NCBI GenBank assembly: GCA_905178155.1
Contig: CAJINV010000011.1
Location: forward strand, 431,914 to 495,913
Origin: Amoebophrya sp. A120
Lineage: Eukaryota > Protista > Dinoflagellata
Reading direction: 5' to 3'
Length of the DNA: 64,000 nucleotides
Shown here: positions 37,341 to 49,636 of the stretch, piece after piece
Position numbering within the stretch: position 1 is the first letter of the stretch
Layout: each line of letters begins with the position of its first letter
Notes under the pieces: generated by a model
Database searches by the model: none
Told to the model about the DNA's origin: nothing
The model's input: only the letters and a program-made list of their open reading frames with translations
Made by a program: the position numbers and the translations under genes

Positions 37341-40046
37341 TCAAACTCTTTGCTTCAAACGACAGTAATTTCTGTGCTGCTGCAGAGCACGGTGTTCGAT
37401 GAAAGACTTTCCGCAGGAGTCGCACTCCAGGTTCAACCCCAACAGCGGCCGCAGGGTCCGCAGGTGCTCGTCCAAAGTCCACGTAGAGGGAACCGCTTGC
37501 CCACAAATTTCGCACGGCCTGAAGCTACTAGTAGTACTCGGCTGTATCGAGGACCCCAGTGCAGCTGCTCCAGGACCTGTGCAAGACCTCGTCGTGTTCT
37601 TCCCCGATTCGTAGTCACCCTGCTCAACACCAGCCTCAGGACATATTGCGCTCGTCGTGTCGCTGTTTGTCGTAGCTTTGTCGGCCCCAGTTGTACCGCC
37701 ACCGTTTCGTCCTCTCGTCTTGTTAGTCGCCATAAAGCTCGTAGATTTGTGTTCCTGCTCTGGGGGGCCATCAGGATCAAAAAACAGGTACTTATCCCGC
37801 AGTAAATGCGAACCGCTTGCGATGGAGTACCGGTTAAGCACGACATTCTTAACGGTGTCTGCTGCGGGATCTGAAAGAGGACCCTCCACAGGTGAAGAAG
37901 ATGTCGTGGCGGATGATAGAAGTTCTTGTTGTGCATCAATTTGTAGTTGTTCCACCCCAGCCGCAGGAGGAGCTCCGGATTGTGGTCGTCCTTCACCTCC
38001 GTCTCCCCTTGTCTGCATCTGTTGAAAGCATTCCTTCGTGTGTTTTGCTAGCTGGTGTTGCCACAACGCCTCGGCGTTGGGAAAGGTCTTCCGTTTAAAA
38101 ATCGTCTTTGTTGGGTCCTCATCGTCGTTGTCCTCATTACACAAGGGCGGGCAGTACTTGCAGACAAACTGGTGCTCCTGTCCTAGCGCAGGAGATGTTG
38201 AGAGGACATTGCTGTCGACGTTGGCAATGTCATTGTTCCCCAAAGCTACAACAGGAAGCTTCTCAATAATCTTGTCATACTTCTTCAGCTCGTGGACTTG
38301 TCGCACGTGCGTCCGCAATCCCTGCTCCGATCGGAACGACCGGTCGCAGTGAGTGCAGGAAAAGTTGTTCGAAAGACCAAGACTGGCGCCCCGTTTGTTC
38401 TTGTTCTTATTTTCCATTACTACGACTTCTCTCCTCGCTGGAACCGTGCTGTTCTTGAGAACCACCTCTTCTGTGATGCTTGTCTCGTTCAAATGATTCT
38501 TAGGTCGCCCTGACGGGCTATCGTTGCAGAAGAGCTCCGTCATTGTCTTTTTTCCAGTTCTTGCAGCTGCCGCTGCCGCGGTTGCATCTGCGTCAACAAC
38601 GTCTGCCCTCGTCGAGGACGATGATTCTTTTTCCTCCACTGGATAATCATTTTTCGACAGAGTACTACTAGCTGCGATATCGTCAAGAAGGTGTCGTCCC
38701 GAGGTTGGTGTACTGCTGGAGGTGGTTGTTGTGCGAGGATCGTTTTTCATCTCCTGCCCTGGCTTAAGTTTAACACTATCTTCCGGCTGCTCTTCTCCTT
38801 CCTCACCTTGCAACACAAACCGGTACACGTAACTGATCATCTCTGTGGTGCTGGCCGTTGTGCGGGAGGAGGCCGAGTTGTCTTTCTGCGCTCGCCTTAT
38901 TTGATCCTGTACACCATCTTCTTCAGCTTCACAAGACGAGGACCCTGCTGCTCCCACATAATTGCTATTTTTCTTCTTCATGCCCGGTCGCCACTGCTTT
39001 TTCGTTTCCGTGTTTTTGAAGCTCTTGCCGCTCTTGTTGCGCTTGGACTCGTAGCCGGGGAACCGACTCGCGTCCAGAACCGAGTAGCTGTGCAGAGCGA
39101 AACCGCACTTCGCCGCCGCCTCCTCGAGGCGCCACCGGTGTGCTTGTCCCTCTACCAGGGAGATGATCACTCTAGGGTGAGTTTGATTTGTTGTTTTCCT
39201 GACGGGCGGATGTTGTATGGAGGGTCTGTCGCTGTTCACAAGACCTTTAGAAGAACGATCTCCCTTTGATATCGCCGTAGGAGTCGACGTCTCCGTGCTG
39301 GTTTCATCCTGTAGTTCCTCCTCCTCGCGGGAAGTAGAAGTACGCGCTAGAGTTCCTTCTTCCGCCATAGTTTCAAGACCCGCTAATCTTCCCTTCGCCG
39401 CGAAGAAGAAATGGCAGAGGAGAAAATGGTGCAAGCGGCAGTCTTCGGTCCCCAAATGCGGATGGTTCCAGCAGATCGTATCAAAACGCCGAATTTCTAC
39501 GATGTCTTTCGCCTTCTCGGTGATGCCGTTCTCGCAATTGATGTCGCTTCTAGTGGGAGGCACAGCTTCATCTACGAGTGGAGCCGCTCTATGATTCTCG
39601 TCTTCCCCTAATATCACGACCTCTTCGCCCCGAGGACCACCGTCTACTGCGTTTAGTATTGCCGCGGTTTTTATTGCGTAGTTTCCGGTGTGTTCATCCT
39701 CGTCCAAGGATGCCACGACTCTATCCAACGTGACCGCGTCGACGCCGTGTCGCAGGTCGATCCTGCCCTGCATGCGCTTCTGCATGTGCCGAAAGTCTGG
39801 GTACTTCTCATGCAGCTCCTCTTCCTGGTCGAAGCTGCTCGCGCAGACGGTTTTTGGTACGAATCCAAAGTAGCCCTGCAACACATTTTCGTCGACGCGC
39901 AGGAGACTGTGCGTGAAGCTGAAATTCCCCTCGCCGACGAAAAGAACGGCGTTCGTAGCACAGTCACCGGGAGAGCCGATGGCTGCGGTCTTGGAAGTCG
40001 TCGTCGGGGATATCATGTTCTGTTTTGTTATTTTTTGGCTCACCAT
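37341..40046 (-). CDS. BMT5-like (DUF2431) rRNA methyltransferase-domain protein with C2H2 zinc fingers, single exon, 901 aa
   Basis: VLFVGEGNFSFTHSL, HGVDA, RFDTICWNHPHLG and HFFFAA motifs. Fingers FSCTHCDRSFRSEQGLRTHVRQVH, CEICG...H and CDSCGKSFIEHRALQQH. Confidence 0.8.
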   Translation of the reverse strand: MVSQKITKQNMISPTTTSKTAAIGSPGDCATNAVLFVGEGNFSFTHSLLRVDENVLQGYFGFVPKTVCASSFDQEEELHEKYPDFRHMQKRMQGRIDLRHGVDAVTLDRVVASLDEDEHTGNYAIKTAAILNAVDGGPRGEEVVILGEDENHRAAPLVDEAVPPTRSDINCENGITEKAKDIVEIRRFDTICWNHPHLGTEDCRLHHFLLCHFFFAAKGRLAGLETMAEEGTLARTSTSREEEELQDETSTETSTPTAISKGDRSSKGLVNSDRPSIQHPPVRKTTNQTHPRVIISLVEGQAHRWRLEEAAAKCGFALHSYSVLDASRFPGYESKRNKSGKSFKNTETKKQWRPGMKKKNSNYVGAAGSSSCEAEEDGVQDQIRRAQKDNSASSRTTASTTEMISYVYRFVLQGEEGEEQPEDSVKLKPGQEMKNDPRTTTTSSSTPTSGRHLLDDIAASSTLSKNDYPVEEKESSSSTRADVVDADATAAAAAARTGKKTMTELFCNDSPSGRPKNHLNETSITEEVVLKNSTVPARREVVVMENKNKNKRGASLGLSNNFSCTHCDRSFRSEQGLRTHVRQVHELKKYDKIIEKLPVVALGNNDIANVDSNVLSTSPALGQEHQFVCKYCPPLCNEDNDDEDPTKTIFKRKTFPNAEALWQHQLAKHTKECFQQMQTRGDGGEGRPQSGAPPAAGVEQLQIDAQQELLSSATTSSSPVEGPLSDPAADTVKNVVLNRYSIASGSHLLRDKYLFFDPDGPPEQEHKSTSFMATNKTRGRNGGGTTGADKATTNSDTTSAICPEAGVEQGDYESGKNTTRSCTGPGAAALGSSIQPSTTSSFRPCEICGQAVPSTWTLDEHLRTLRPLLGLNLECDSCGKSFIEHRALQQHRNYCRLKQRV

Positions 40047-40829
40047 GCTGCTCCTGCGCTGGATTGTCTGACCAGGCTTTGCGACCCAGGAAAATGAAAA
40101 TCAGAAGAGGGAGTATGGGTAAAACTTGTAAATTGCTGGTTCTTGCGGACCATACCAGGAGTAGGACGAGAGGGTACACTTTAGATAGACACGACTCTAC
40201 TCAGGTGTGGTCGCTTATCGTTTGCTCTAATAGGGCCGTGGCAATAAAAATGCCGTTCGTTTACCATCTAACTAAAGCGAGGGAAGAGGCAGGGCGGCCT
40301 GAAATAATGTGCCAGAGCTTTTCAGATTCAGCTTGTCCTTGTTCTCAATGTAGAAAGGTGAAGGTCTGAACGCGCAGAGAAAAACATAAGTAAGTATAAT
40401 TCCGTAGCATTTTATTCTTTCGAAAACACGAACGATGATCATTTCAGCATTTACTGATTGGTAGAGGGTCAGGCTACTTCCCACTTAACGACTTGGATCT
40501 GTTATGGTGATCGTTATTTCATCAAGAATTCAACGAATTTAGAACGTCATGCTGCTAAGTACCGCTTGGTACAACTTGCTTGCTAGAACCAAATGGATTT
40601 GGAGACCTTCAAATAACCCCGGCAAAAGCGTCAGCACTCAGCCTGTTGTTTGCAAGAATTCACAGCTGCGCCACTACTGATTCATTCTAGTAAGTGGGAT
40701 TCAATGAACCGGCGCGGGATTCGACTGGCGCGACCAAGCGACGCGGGGCTTTGATCCATTCACAAAGGAAGCACTATCTCGCTCCAAAAGACCCTATCCA
40801 AAGAACACTCAGCGAGAAGAGTAAAGCAG

Positions 40830-42470
40830 AACCGTCGCACCCCTGCCAGGGTCCGCGATCAACTATTGTGTGCGCTGGCTGTGCGCACACGCAGTGGCGA
40901 GTCCGCCGCCGCCGCAACTACTCAGGAGATGAGCACATTTGCATTATCCTGCACTGGCCGGGCGAACATCGCAATGCAATACAGAAACACAATGCTTGCT
41001 TGCATGCACAAGGGCCGGCGGGCCCAAGCATTTTACCAAACTGCGGAGGGACCCCACCCGCGCCGGCCCCCCGCCCCGCCGGGGGAGAGGTGGGGGCGGT
41101 GCCCTGTCCGCTGCGCGACACCCCACGCCGCGCGCGCCGGGACACTCATTGCATGCGCCCGCGCGGAACCAACTAGCCGGCCGGCGGGCCCGGTTCGAAA
41201 GCGGGGGGCGGGGCGCCGGGAAGGAAGCCACCATGGGCCAGGCAGACACGGAGCGCCCGGCCGCCTCGCCGAATTCTGCAAGCACCAACGCCAGGCTGGC
41301 GCGGGCCGCTTGGCTTCGTCGCCCACCCCGCCCGGCGAGGCGGCCACACCGCTGGGGCGCGACCACCGCCGCCCCTCGCGGGCCATTCTCCCCGCCACAC
41401 GCCACAAAGGAAGCGGCGCGCGGGCGCTACATGATCCATATCGCCCGGCCCGGCGTCGTCGGCTTACTCTTCGCATTGTAGCAAAGCCCGGCGCCGTCGG
41501 TACTTCCCGGCCGCCGCCCCGGCGCCTGTTCGGGGTTGTCGGCCCCGGGGAGCCCGCGCCGGCGGACGCGGTTGCAGCGGGGGGGCCGCGTGCACGGGCG
41601 CCGGCGCGCCGAAGGCGAAGCGCCCGGGCATGGGGCGCAGGGCCGGGCGAGAAAAAAAAAGGCCGGCCCGGGCGGGTTGCGCGAGTGCCCCAATCCCTTC
41701 GGCGCTACAAATTCGCAGCCGGCCCCCATGCCGAAGCCGCGCCGCGTTTTCTCCAGCGCGGCAGCCCCCCTGCGTCTGTGCTGGCGGCCCACCTGCAGTG
41801 GGGGCCCAAGCAACGCCCCGAAGGAGCCGCGCCAAGATGGCCAAACAATTCTGGGGAACCGGCCCGGCCCTCACGGCCCCACTGGCTGGATACGATTGGC
41901 GCACGTTCCAGCCGCGTAGGCAACGACAACGCGGCGACCTCGGCCACGGGTTCGACAGCCGGAAACTGTTCCGGGCCTCCGCGCACACGGATGCGCAACT
42001 TCGGCCCTTCGACCGGGCCGGTCGCTGTTACGCGTGTGGCGACATGCCCCCGGGCGCAGAGCTATGCATCAACGAACAGAACCGGCCCGGCGCCGGCCGC
42101 CCTCTGCCCCGCAAATCGGCCAAGGAAGCGCGCGCCAAGCCTTCCGGCACGGCGCCCCACTCCGCGAGCGAAATTCTCCGAAAGGGCCCGCGCCTCGCTT
42201 CTCGTTTGCTGCAAAAGCGCGGGGCGCGCGATAAACATGGGCCGCGAAGGCCCTCGACGTCGCACGGGGTGCGCGACATTCTACGCCAGCTGTTGCTGGG
42301 GGATAAAAGTGAACACGGGCGCCGGACCCGCGGCGCCGGCCGGCAACCGCCGGAGGCTTCGGCGTAATAATTTGCGCCAGCCGTGAGCCCGGCGGCGTGT
42401 TTTACGCCAAGAGGCGAGCCCCTTCCGCACCGGGCCACTTCCTGCATCCTCTCTTGTCGCAGTCCTCGCA
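40830..42470. other. Extremely GC-rich non-coding island
   Basis: CCGG/GCGC-dense. Overlapping Arg/Ala/Gly/Pro ORFs on both strands with no motif. Confidence 0.5.
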
Positions 42471-42918
42471 GTTAAGCTTTTCAACAAAGTTCGCCGCGAA
42501 TCTCCTTTTCGGAATCTCGGTTCTCGAACACTACCATAACTTCGCAAAACGGTCTGCCAAGCCGTGGCGATAGTCTTATGAGTACGTTTTTTCAGTTTTG
42601 GCCCAAATAAAGGGTACTACTTCTTTTTCACATTTGCTGCGAAGATGAAGTTCTTGATCAACATCAAATTTTTGTGTATGACTACAGAGCTTTTTCCGTT
42701 CGAGGCTGGCTTTTTCAATCAAACGCAGCAAGACGTGCGGAACCATCGAGTGCAACAGGAACTCCCTGCTAGAACTTAGTACACATCAAAAAGTGGATCA
42801 GCACAGCCTACTCTTTTACATAGTCGACTCTTGCACTTTCTTCCATCGCGACACTACAACTTTTTACTTTATATTTATATATTTTGCTGTGGCTGCCTAG
42901 TACCGTAAGTTTCTAATT

Positions 42919-45464
42919 CTATCTGTTGTTTACTGCGTAGTAACCTCCATTTTTCCTCTTCTCTTTCTCCTCCTCCCGCAACTCTGCACAGGTCCGCTTG
43001 TGCAGCGGCCAGTGCTTGTGCTGGCAATGCGTCGAACAGTAGAGCGCGCGCCCGCACTTCTGACACAGCAGCGTCGCGTTCTTCACTCGACACCGTGCGC
43101 AGACCATCACAAACTCCGACGCGTCACCAGGCTGTTTTTTACCGTCGTTGTTCACGTGTGTTGAAGTCATTGCTTTCCGTGGGGAAATAGTTCTTCCCAG
43201 TCTTCCCGATGACGACGGACTGGCCGGACAAGTTGTTCTTGCATCTCTGTCATCCACCTGCTGTGTGCCGGAAGTAGAAGTCAGTTTGTCATTGTCGCCT
43301 CCAGATCTTGCAGAAAGCAAATCTTTATTCCCTGATCCACGTTCCGCGTACACCCACCCAGTGAGGTGTCTTTTTCGCAAGAGGTCCAAGGGCGTCAAAT
43401 CCAACTCATCCGCGTTGTGGTACAACTTCTCAGTAAAAGCACCCTCAATCTCCATCTCGTTTCGACCATTTGGATTTGGATTTCCATTCGTTCCCTGTGG
43501 TCCACCATCCTGTGTAGTTGAAAGAGCAAACATCAATTCCCTCCCTCCTCCTCCTCCGCCGCCCTCGCGAATGGCCCTCCACAATGCCTCCAGTGTGCCG
43601 TACCTATCCCGGCTCAAAGCCGCGAAGTGTAATGCCGTGCGCTCGTGCATTTCCACGGCGTTGCCCGCGGCGTCTTCGGGTAGTAGTTTTTCATCCACCA
43701 AAACGATGGCCTTGTGCGCCAGAAGCAGTTTCACAATGTCCGTGGCGCCGGACCGGCACGCGTGCATCAAAGCTGTCGTGCCTGTTCTGGCGTGCACGAC
43801 ATTCACGTCTAAATCGCACTCGGCGACGAAAAACTCGCACACCTCGCGGTGCCCCGCCCCGGCCGCGATCTGCAAGGGGGGGAGAGCGTACCCCGAGTCC
43901 ACCTCGATGTTGTTTATCTTGCGGGAAGGGGATGAAGCAGTAGTGTCGTGCAGGTTGTTCCCACGACCAATCCGGCGAGACGACGGACTCGGCGAAGTAG
44001 ATTTGAACTGATTTCCTCCCTTCGGCGAAGTTGATAATGGCGAAATAGCACAGGTTGTAGGTTCTTTTATCATCATCGACGCGACTTTTTCGCGCCTGGT
44101 CAACACGGAATCCGTATCCGCCGCTAAAGTAGTCGTGTTGGTACTATTGTTCGTCGTCCCTTCGCTGTCTGCCACGAACTTGTGCAACAGCGCGACGGAC
44201 GCCTGCGCCACGTCCTCCGCGCTTGCTGCCTCCTCACTGTCAGAAAGGAAAACTTCCTCCGCCAGTGTCGCACAGCGGTTTTTCAACATCATGCGCTTGG
44301 TAGAAGCGGCAGACGACGCGCTGGCGCCGAAGAGCTGTGGTTGTTGTCCTCTTGTTGCGGTCCCACTGTTCGGACTGGGACTCGTGCTCGAGGGTTGATG
44401 CGATGAAGTGGTTTTTAACATGATTGCCGTCGTGGTTTTATTTGACGTCATCCTGGTACTTTTATTTTTCCCAAACTGGAACCCGTGGTCCCGCGCCAGC
44501 TTTTGCAAAGCCTCCAGGTTCCCCGCGAATGCGGCGAAGTGGAGCACACCCCATCCGCTGTGGTCCAACAGCTGCAGGTCCGCGTGGTGCAGGAAGAAGT
44601 CGATTATATCATCAGTGATGTTCAAAAGCGTCAAGTAGTGCAAGCAGGTCATGCCTGCCGCCTTGTCCTGGATGTCTAAATTCACGGTCGGCCAGTTGGA
44701 ACACAGCAAGTGCATCATCGCGGTCTCGCGGTCCTTCGCCGCGACCAGCAACGGCGTGTCTCCCCGGCTGTTTACCTGGTTCCACAATTTCGTGTCATTG
44801 TTAACATTCGGCGACTGGAGGTAGGTGCGAATTTTGTTCACCTTGCCTTGTTATCAAGTGCAAATATGTCTGGGTCAGGAAGAATGCATGTTTATCATGC
44901 TTGTCTGGCATGCCTCTTGAGTCTGTCATGCACATTACCCAAGAGCCCCACTTTTCTGCCATGCAGAAACGCGGTTTGTCATGCAGAAGAGGCAACACCT
45001 AGAAGCTCAGAAACTTGTCATGCTGAGCCAGCACTTGTGGCCTCCTCATGATACGCCACCCAGCATCACAAGTGTCCAGACCAAGACATATTTGCAATGC
45101 ATACTTGTTCCACCGCACGGATGATGATCATTTTGCGTTCCTCGGTACTCAACAAATTCTCTTCCTGCTTCGCGACGTCCTCCATCACGCTGAAGCTACG
45201 CCGTTTTACCGTCGTGCGGCGCCGACTATTGCTATTTTCCGGTGAGTTGTTGCCGCTTGGAGCGCCGGTTGGCGCACCTTGTTGTTTTCCGTGGTCCGGT
45301 GAGCTGTCAGTGTGGGATTCGTTTTGATGTTCTAAAAACCCGCTGCGGTCCCCGCTGTTTAAGCCCTCCATGGCGTAATTCACCAAAAACCGACGCAGGT
45401 TGAAAAACCGCCGCCTGGCGCGCTCGTGCAACCGCCATTCCCTCTGCAGGTCCGGGAAATCCAT
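42919..45464 (-). CDS. Ankyrin-repeat protein with C-terminal MYND zinc finger (about 762 aa)
   Basis: Ankyrin motifs GDTPLLVAA, GMTCLHY, GWGVLHFAAFAGN and GTTALMHACRSG. MYND CARC...CQKCGRALYCSTHCQHKHWPLHKRTC. Junction VEQ|GKV. Confidence 0.88.
44852..45103. mobile_element. Introner F1
   Basis: TIR, direct repeat CTTGT. Confidence 0.92.
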
Positions 45465-46840
45465 GATCGATGCAGCAGGGGAGGCCGCGGGTGTCGCTCG
45501 CTAGCACGACTTGGGAGGTACTTAGAAACAAACAAATAAAGTGAAGACGGAAGAAGTGCATGTAACAGATCAAAGCCTTTGCAAGACAGATTTCTTGCTC
45601 TTGAATTTTTTGTGTTGCAATGAGACTTAAACAACACTTGATGTTGATCCGGGTCCTTTATTTTCCTCACAAATTTATCTCGTATACACAAGCGTGCACG
45701 ACAAACCTCCTTCCACCAGCGGTCTACAACTCTACTCAGATTCAGATTCAGATAGTGTTCTGAAATCACTCACCAGGTGAGTGCTTGCAGATGCTCGCTC
45801 GTGATGAGCGGCGGTAGAAATGTTTTTTCTCGAGATAGGCAGCGAATAAAGACGAAAACTGCCACGCTCAACCCTGCTTAGCCTACGCATAACCTTTGAC
45901 CTACCAAGAAAACAATAGAGGGCACAAAAACCTACCAACCAGAACTACCGTAAGTACCTATTATAGCCAGTGCTTCTTACCTACCGATACTGTAGATACT
46001 AACACGACCCTGCTTCTATAATTTTGCAAACATACATCGCAAACATTAGTCACAATGCCATAGGCAATCAACCGGAACAACAGAAAAAAAAAAACGCTAC
46101 TGATCGAGAAAAGCATCCTGATGCGCAGTGATGAACTGACACACTCTTTTTGTGCGTTGGAAATCGCTTCGAGCAGTTCTCGCAACAAAACCGAAATTCC
46201 AATTCAAAAAAATGCTCCATCAAAACAAATCGAGATGAAGTAATAAAGTTACGAACGCTACTAGCGCTAAGAAGACCCATGAATTAATCTTCTCCAATCG
46301 AAAGCGATTTTGACATGACAATTATGTACTAAGTGGACGTAGTTGTATACATAGTATTTTAACAAAGAACGCACAATTAAAATATGTTGACTCACATGAA
46401 TGTATTACTGAAATGGATCTCTTTCTACTGAAATGGATCTCTTTCATCCTAATACCTTCTACTCGTAGCGGCTAACAAAGATACAAATCTAGTGCTTATG
46501 TAGATGTACAGGGAAAGACAAGTGCGCCAACGCCACCCTAAAGGCAAAAAGAAATAACACAGCAATACTCAAGTAGATGTAGACGCAGAGTGTCAACATT
46601 AGTAATAGTTAATTACGTGGCAAGACGAAGCAGAAGCGTGCGCGAAACTACGTAAACATACGGTGACGTATGGCGTCAAACAAGAGTCAGACACTCATCA
46701 TCCTGCTTTTCTGGTGAGGGTCGGCAGAAAAGTACACAAAATGGTCAGTCAGGAATCCAGTCCACGAGAGGAACCACGTCGGTTCTTCCACCACTTCGAA
46801 TACAACCTGATCAAGATGAAATTTACTGATGTGTATCTCT

Positions 46841-49636
46841 TCATTTGACGATCCGGATGCCCGTCAGCAACGCGGGCCCTGCTCCACCGCGGACTGACGA
46901 ACGGCGGTCGGTCAACCTGGAGGTGGTTTTTTTCACAGGCAACCCGCTCACTGCATTTGGATCCGCATCGGATTTGCTCTTCGTGACCGGCCTGCTCGTC
47001 GTAATGTGCGCCGCACCAGCTGCACTCGACGAGAAGCGGTTGCTCGGCGCCTTGATTGCGCTGGAAGGACCGCCTGCCGTGTCGAAACCGCCAATCAGCA
47101 ACGCCGGACCCTGAAAGGACTTGCGCCGAACAGGGGATGCTAGGGGCTCAGACTTGGTGCCGGGAACACCAAGATTGGACGAGTTCTTGCCGCCCTGCTT
47201 ATGCATTGCAAATAAGTAATCTGATTACATCTGGAATAGTGCAGAAGTTCTTTGATGTTTTCATGCCCCACCAGGTCTGGAATGCAAGCCGAAGCATCAC
47301 AGATATCCAAAAGCTTTCTCGTCATGCCTATAATTCCACATGCGATAGCATCAACTATCCGATCTCCACAGGTGGATAGATTTAAAATCTGCTCTTCATG
47401 CAAGACAGATTTTTGTGTCAACACAACCATACTATGTCATTAGCATCACAAGCATGCATCCTTGTCCTTCCTCCAGAAACAGGAGATGGATCTATATTTG
47501 CAATGCATAGTTCTTCCTCTCGGGCTTCTCCTGGTGCGTCACCATTGCGATGGCAGCGGTTAGGTCGTCTGCAGCTGGAATGCGAGTGGAAAAACTGTCA
47601 TTCCCGAGGTGGTCCGTCGTTTCATTCTGAAAACGCATGGCGGGGCTGCAAGGGCTGCTGTCTGCACCTCGAGCAGTCGTGGTATCGGCCTTTCCTCCAC
47701 CACGCGTCGGAGATGTTGACGTCGACCCGGTGATCTTCTTCTTTTTCTTCTTGACCACTTCTTGCTCCTGTTGTCCTTGTCGCTCCGCCGATTTGGATTT
47801 GCTTATACTTTTCGGCCGCGTGGGGGGCGTTCGGGCATTCTGCAACGCAGCGGCGAGATTTTGGCAGCTGGCCGAGGTTTTGATGTTCGAGGTGGTTGCT
47901 CGCAGCGAGGACTTCCGGCGGTCCTGGTGCAGGCTGCTGCCAGTTTTAGGACCACACGACACTGCTCCTGCTGTTGGTTTTTTGATGTTACTGTTACTTT
48001 CGACTCCTGGTTCCTTGTGAAAAATTTTGCTCGCCCCCGAAGCAGGAGGAGGCGCACGACCCTGCTCATCATGAACTTCACGTGCAGTAGTTGTACTGGA
48101 AATACGAACGAGGATTGATGTACTGTCGTGCTCGAGGTTGTGACCATGTTCTATTTGTTTGTAGAAGTTGCTTTTCCTTTTACTGCTTCTTCGGTTCGTT
48201 TCTCTGCTCGTCTCTCCGCTCATCTTCCGAAGCGGCGATGCTGCCTGGCCGCCATCATTGTTCATCATCTCACCTCCGACGCACTGTTCTTTTGACGCCC
48301 TTCGCGGAGCAGATGAGGACTGTTCTTTTGACGCCCTTCGCGGAGCAGTATTAATGGATGAGTGTAGTTCTACTTTCTTGGCATGTTTACTAACACCGCT
48401 TTTGTTTTCGGCCGGAGTATTTCTTGCTGTGCTCCTGCGTTTTCGTCCTGCCGCCGGTGGTGGAATACTATCGTTCATCGATCCGCTTCTCTTCAAGTTA
48501 AAGGGCATCGTGGTCCACCGCATGACGAATCCGGAAAGTCGGCGGAACACATTTTTCAGCGGCAGTGCAGCAAACTGAAAAGCAGACCACGTCTGCTGCT
48601 GCGAGGACCATTGTGGCTCCAGTGAACGCTTGTTGTCTTGCGAGAGCGGAAAACTGCTCGTCGGTTGGTGGTGACGATTCTTGTGTAGTGCAGCCTGTGG
48701 CGCGGCTGCTCCGAACGCACCTCCAAGAACCTCGCTCGTCGAGATGAACGTCTTCACTTCGTCCCGCGGCTGCCCGGCTGCGGCGGGAACGGGATCAACG
48801 TCGAGCCGACGCAATAAGAACTCTTCCTGGTCTTCAAAAAGCTGATAGGAGCGCCGGGCGGAAGAGCTTGAAGGGCTGCAACACGACGGTGAGGAGTGCG
48901 CCAGCAGCCGGGTCAGCGAGTTGTTCTTACACACCGAGTGCCAGGAGACTGATTGACGGATGGGCTCCGGAGAAATAAGTATCCCAAGTACGCCGTCATC
49001 GTCCTCCAGGCGGGGTAGGCATGGTGGACTCAGGCTCCGCTCTGCGTTAGCCGCTGGTGGCACTCGTTCTTGTTCCACTCTTTTTTCATGTTCGCGTTCA
49101 CCGGCTGCTTTTGTCTTCGTAAAAAATCCGCCACCGGCGGTCGCACGCGCGCGGAGGTCATCTTTTGGTAGAACAGAGTGGAGTTGTCCAGGCCGCTTTT
49201 GATGATCCTCCTGTACGAAGAGGCTCGGGGCGCTGAACCTGCGCACCATAGTGCCCCGCGCAGAAGATCTTGAGCGGGCTACTAGTTGCTCCGGACGAGA
49301 CGTCGCTGAGCACTTGGCCTCGGTAAAATTCATTCCACGAGCGGCCTTGCTGAAAATCTCTGGCACCGGAATAATGGAGATCCGTTGGACGTCATCTAAC
49401 ATCTTCCCGTCGTGCACTTCCCGACCGCTGGCTGAGCACCAGCGGCAGGTGCTGCAAGGCAAGCAGGAGACCGCTCTTGTCCAAACACTACTACAGACGC
49501 TGGAGGAGGTCGCGCAGCAGCTCCTCGCTTTCTCGCATTTTTTGTAGATGATGAAGAAGCCAAGAACAACAGCGAACACCGCACCTGAGATGGCGACGGA
49601 GACAAGGAAGGTCTCGTTTACGACGGGCGCGGCCAT
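46841..49636 (-). CDS. Hypothetical single-pass membrane protein, largely low-complexity (about 826 aa)
   Basis: N-terminal TM FLVSVAISGAVFAVVLGFFII followed by a Cys cluster. ORFs 47492..49636 and 46841..47206 join in frame. Confidence 0.7.
47200..47509. mobile_element. Introner, F1-like and degenerate
   Basis: 15-bp TIR TATGCATTGCAAATA, direct repeat CTGCT/GTTCT. Frame restored by removal plus 5 nt. Confidence 0.78.

Noticed and set aside
40866-42386. 506-aa plus-strand ORF and overlapping ORFs
   Set aside because: Expected from stop-codon scarcity in GC-extreme DNA. Composition is Arg/Ala/Gly/Pro-rich with no motif.
7300-44011. Long plus-strand ORFs (7300..8220, 23063..23848, 27346..28194, 43148..44011)
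   Set aside because: They are antisense shadows of minus-strand coding exons.
19263-48347. Short repeats: (GAT)n at about 19263-19293, duplications at about 30403-30443 and 46425-46445, and APRRASKEQ twice at 48283-48347
   Set aside because: Ordinary slippage or low-complexity coding repeats.
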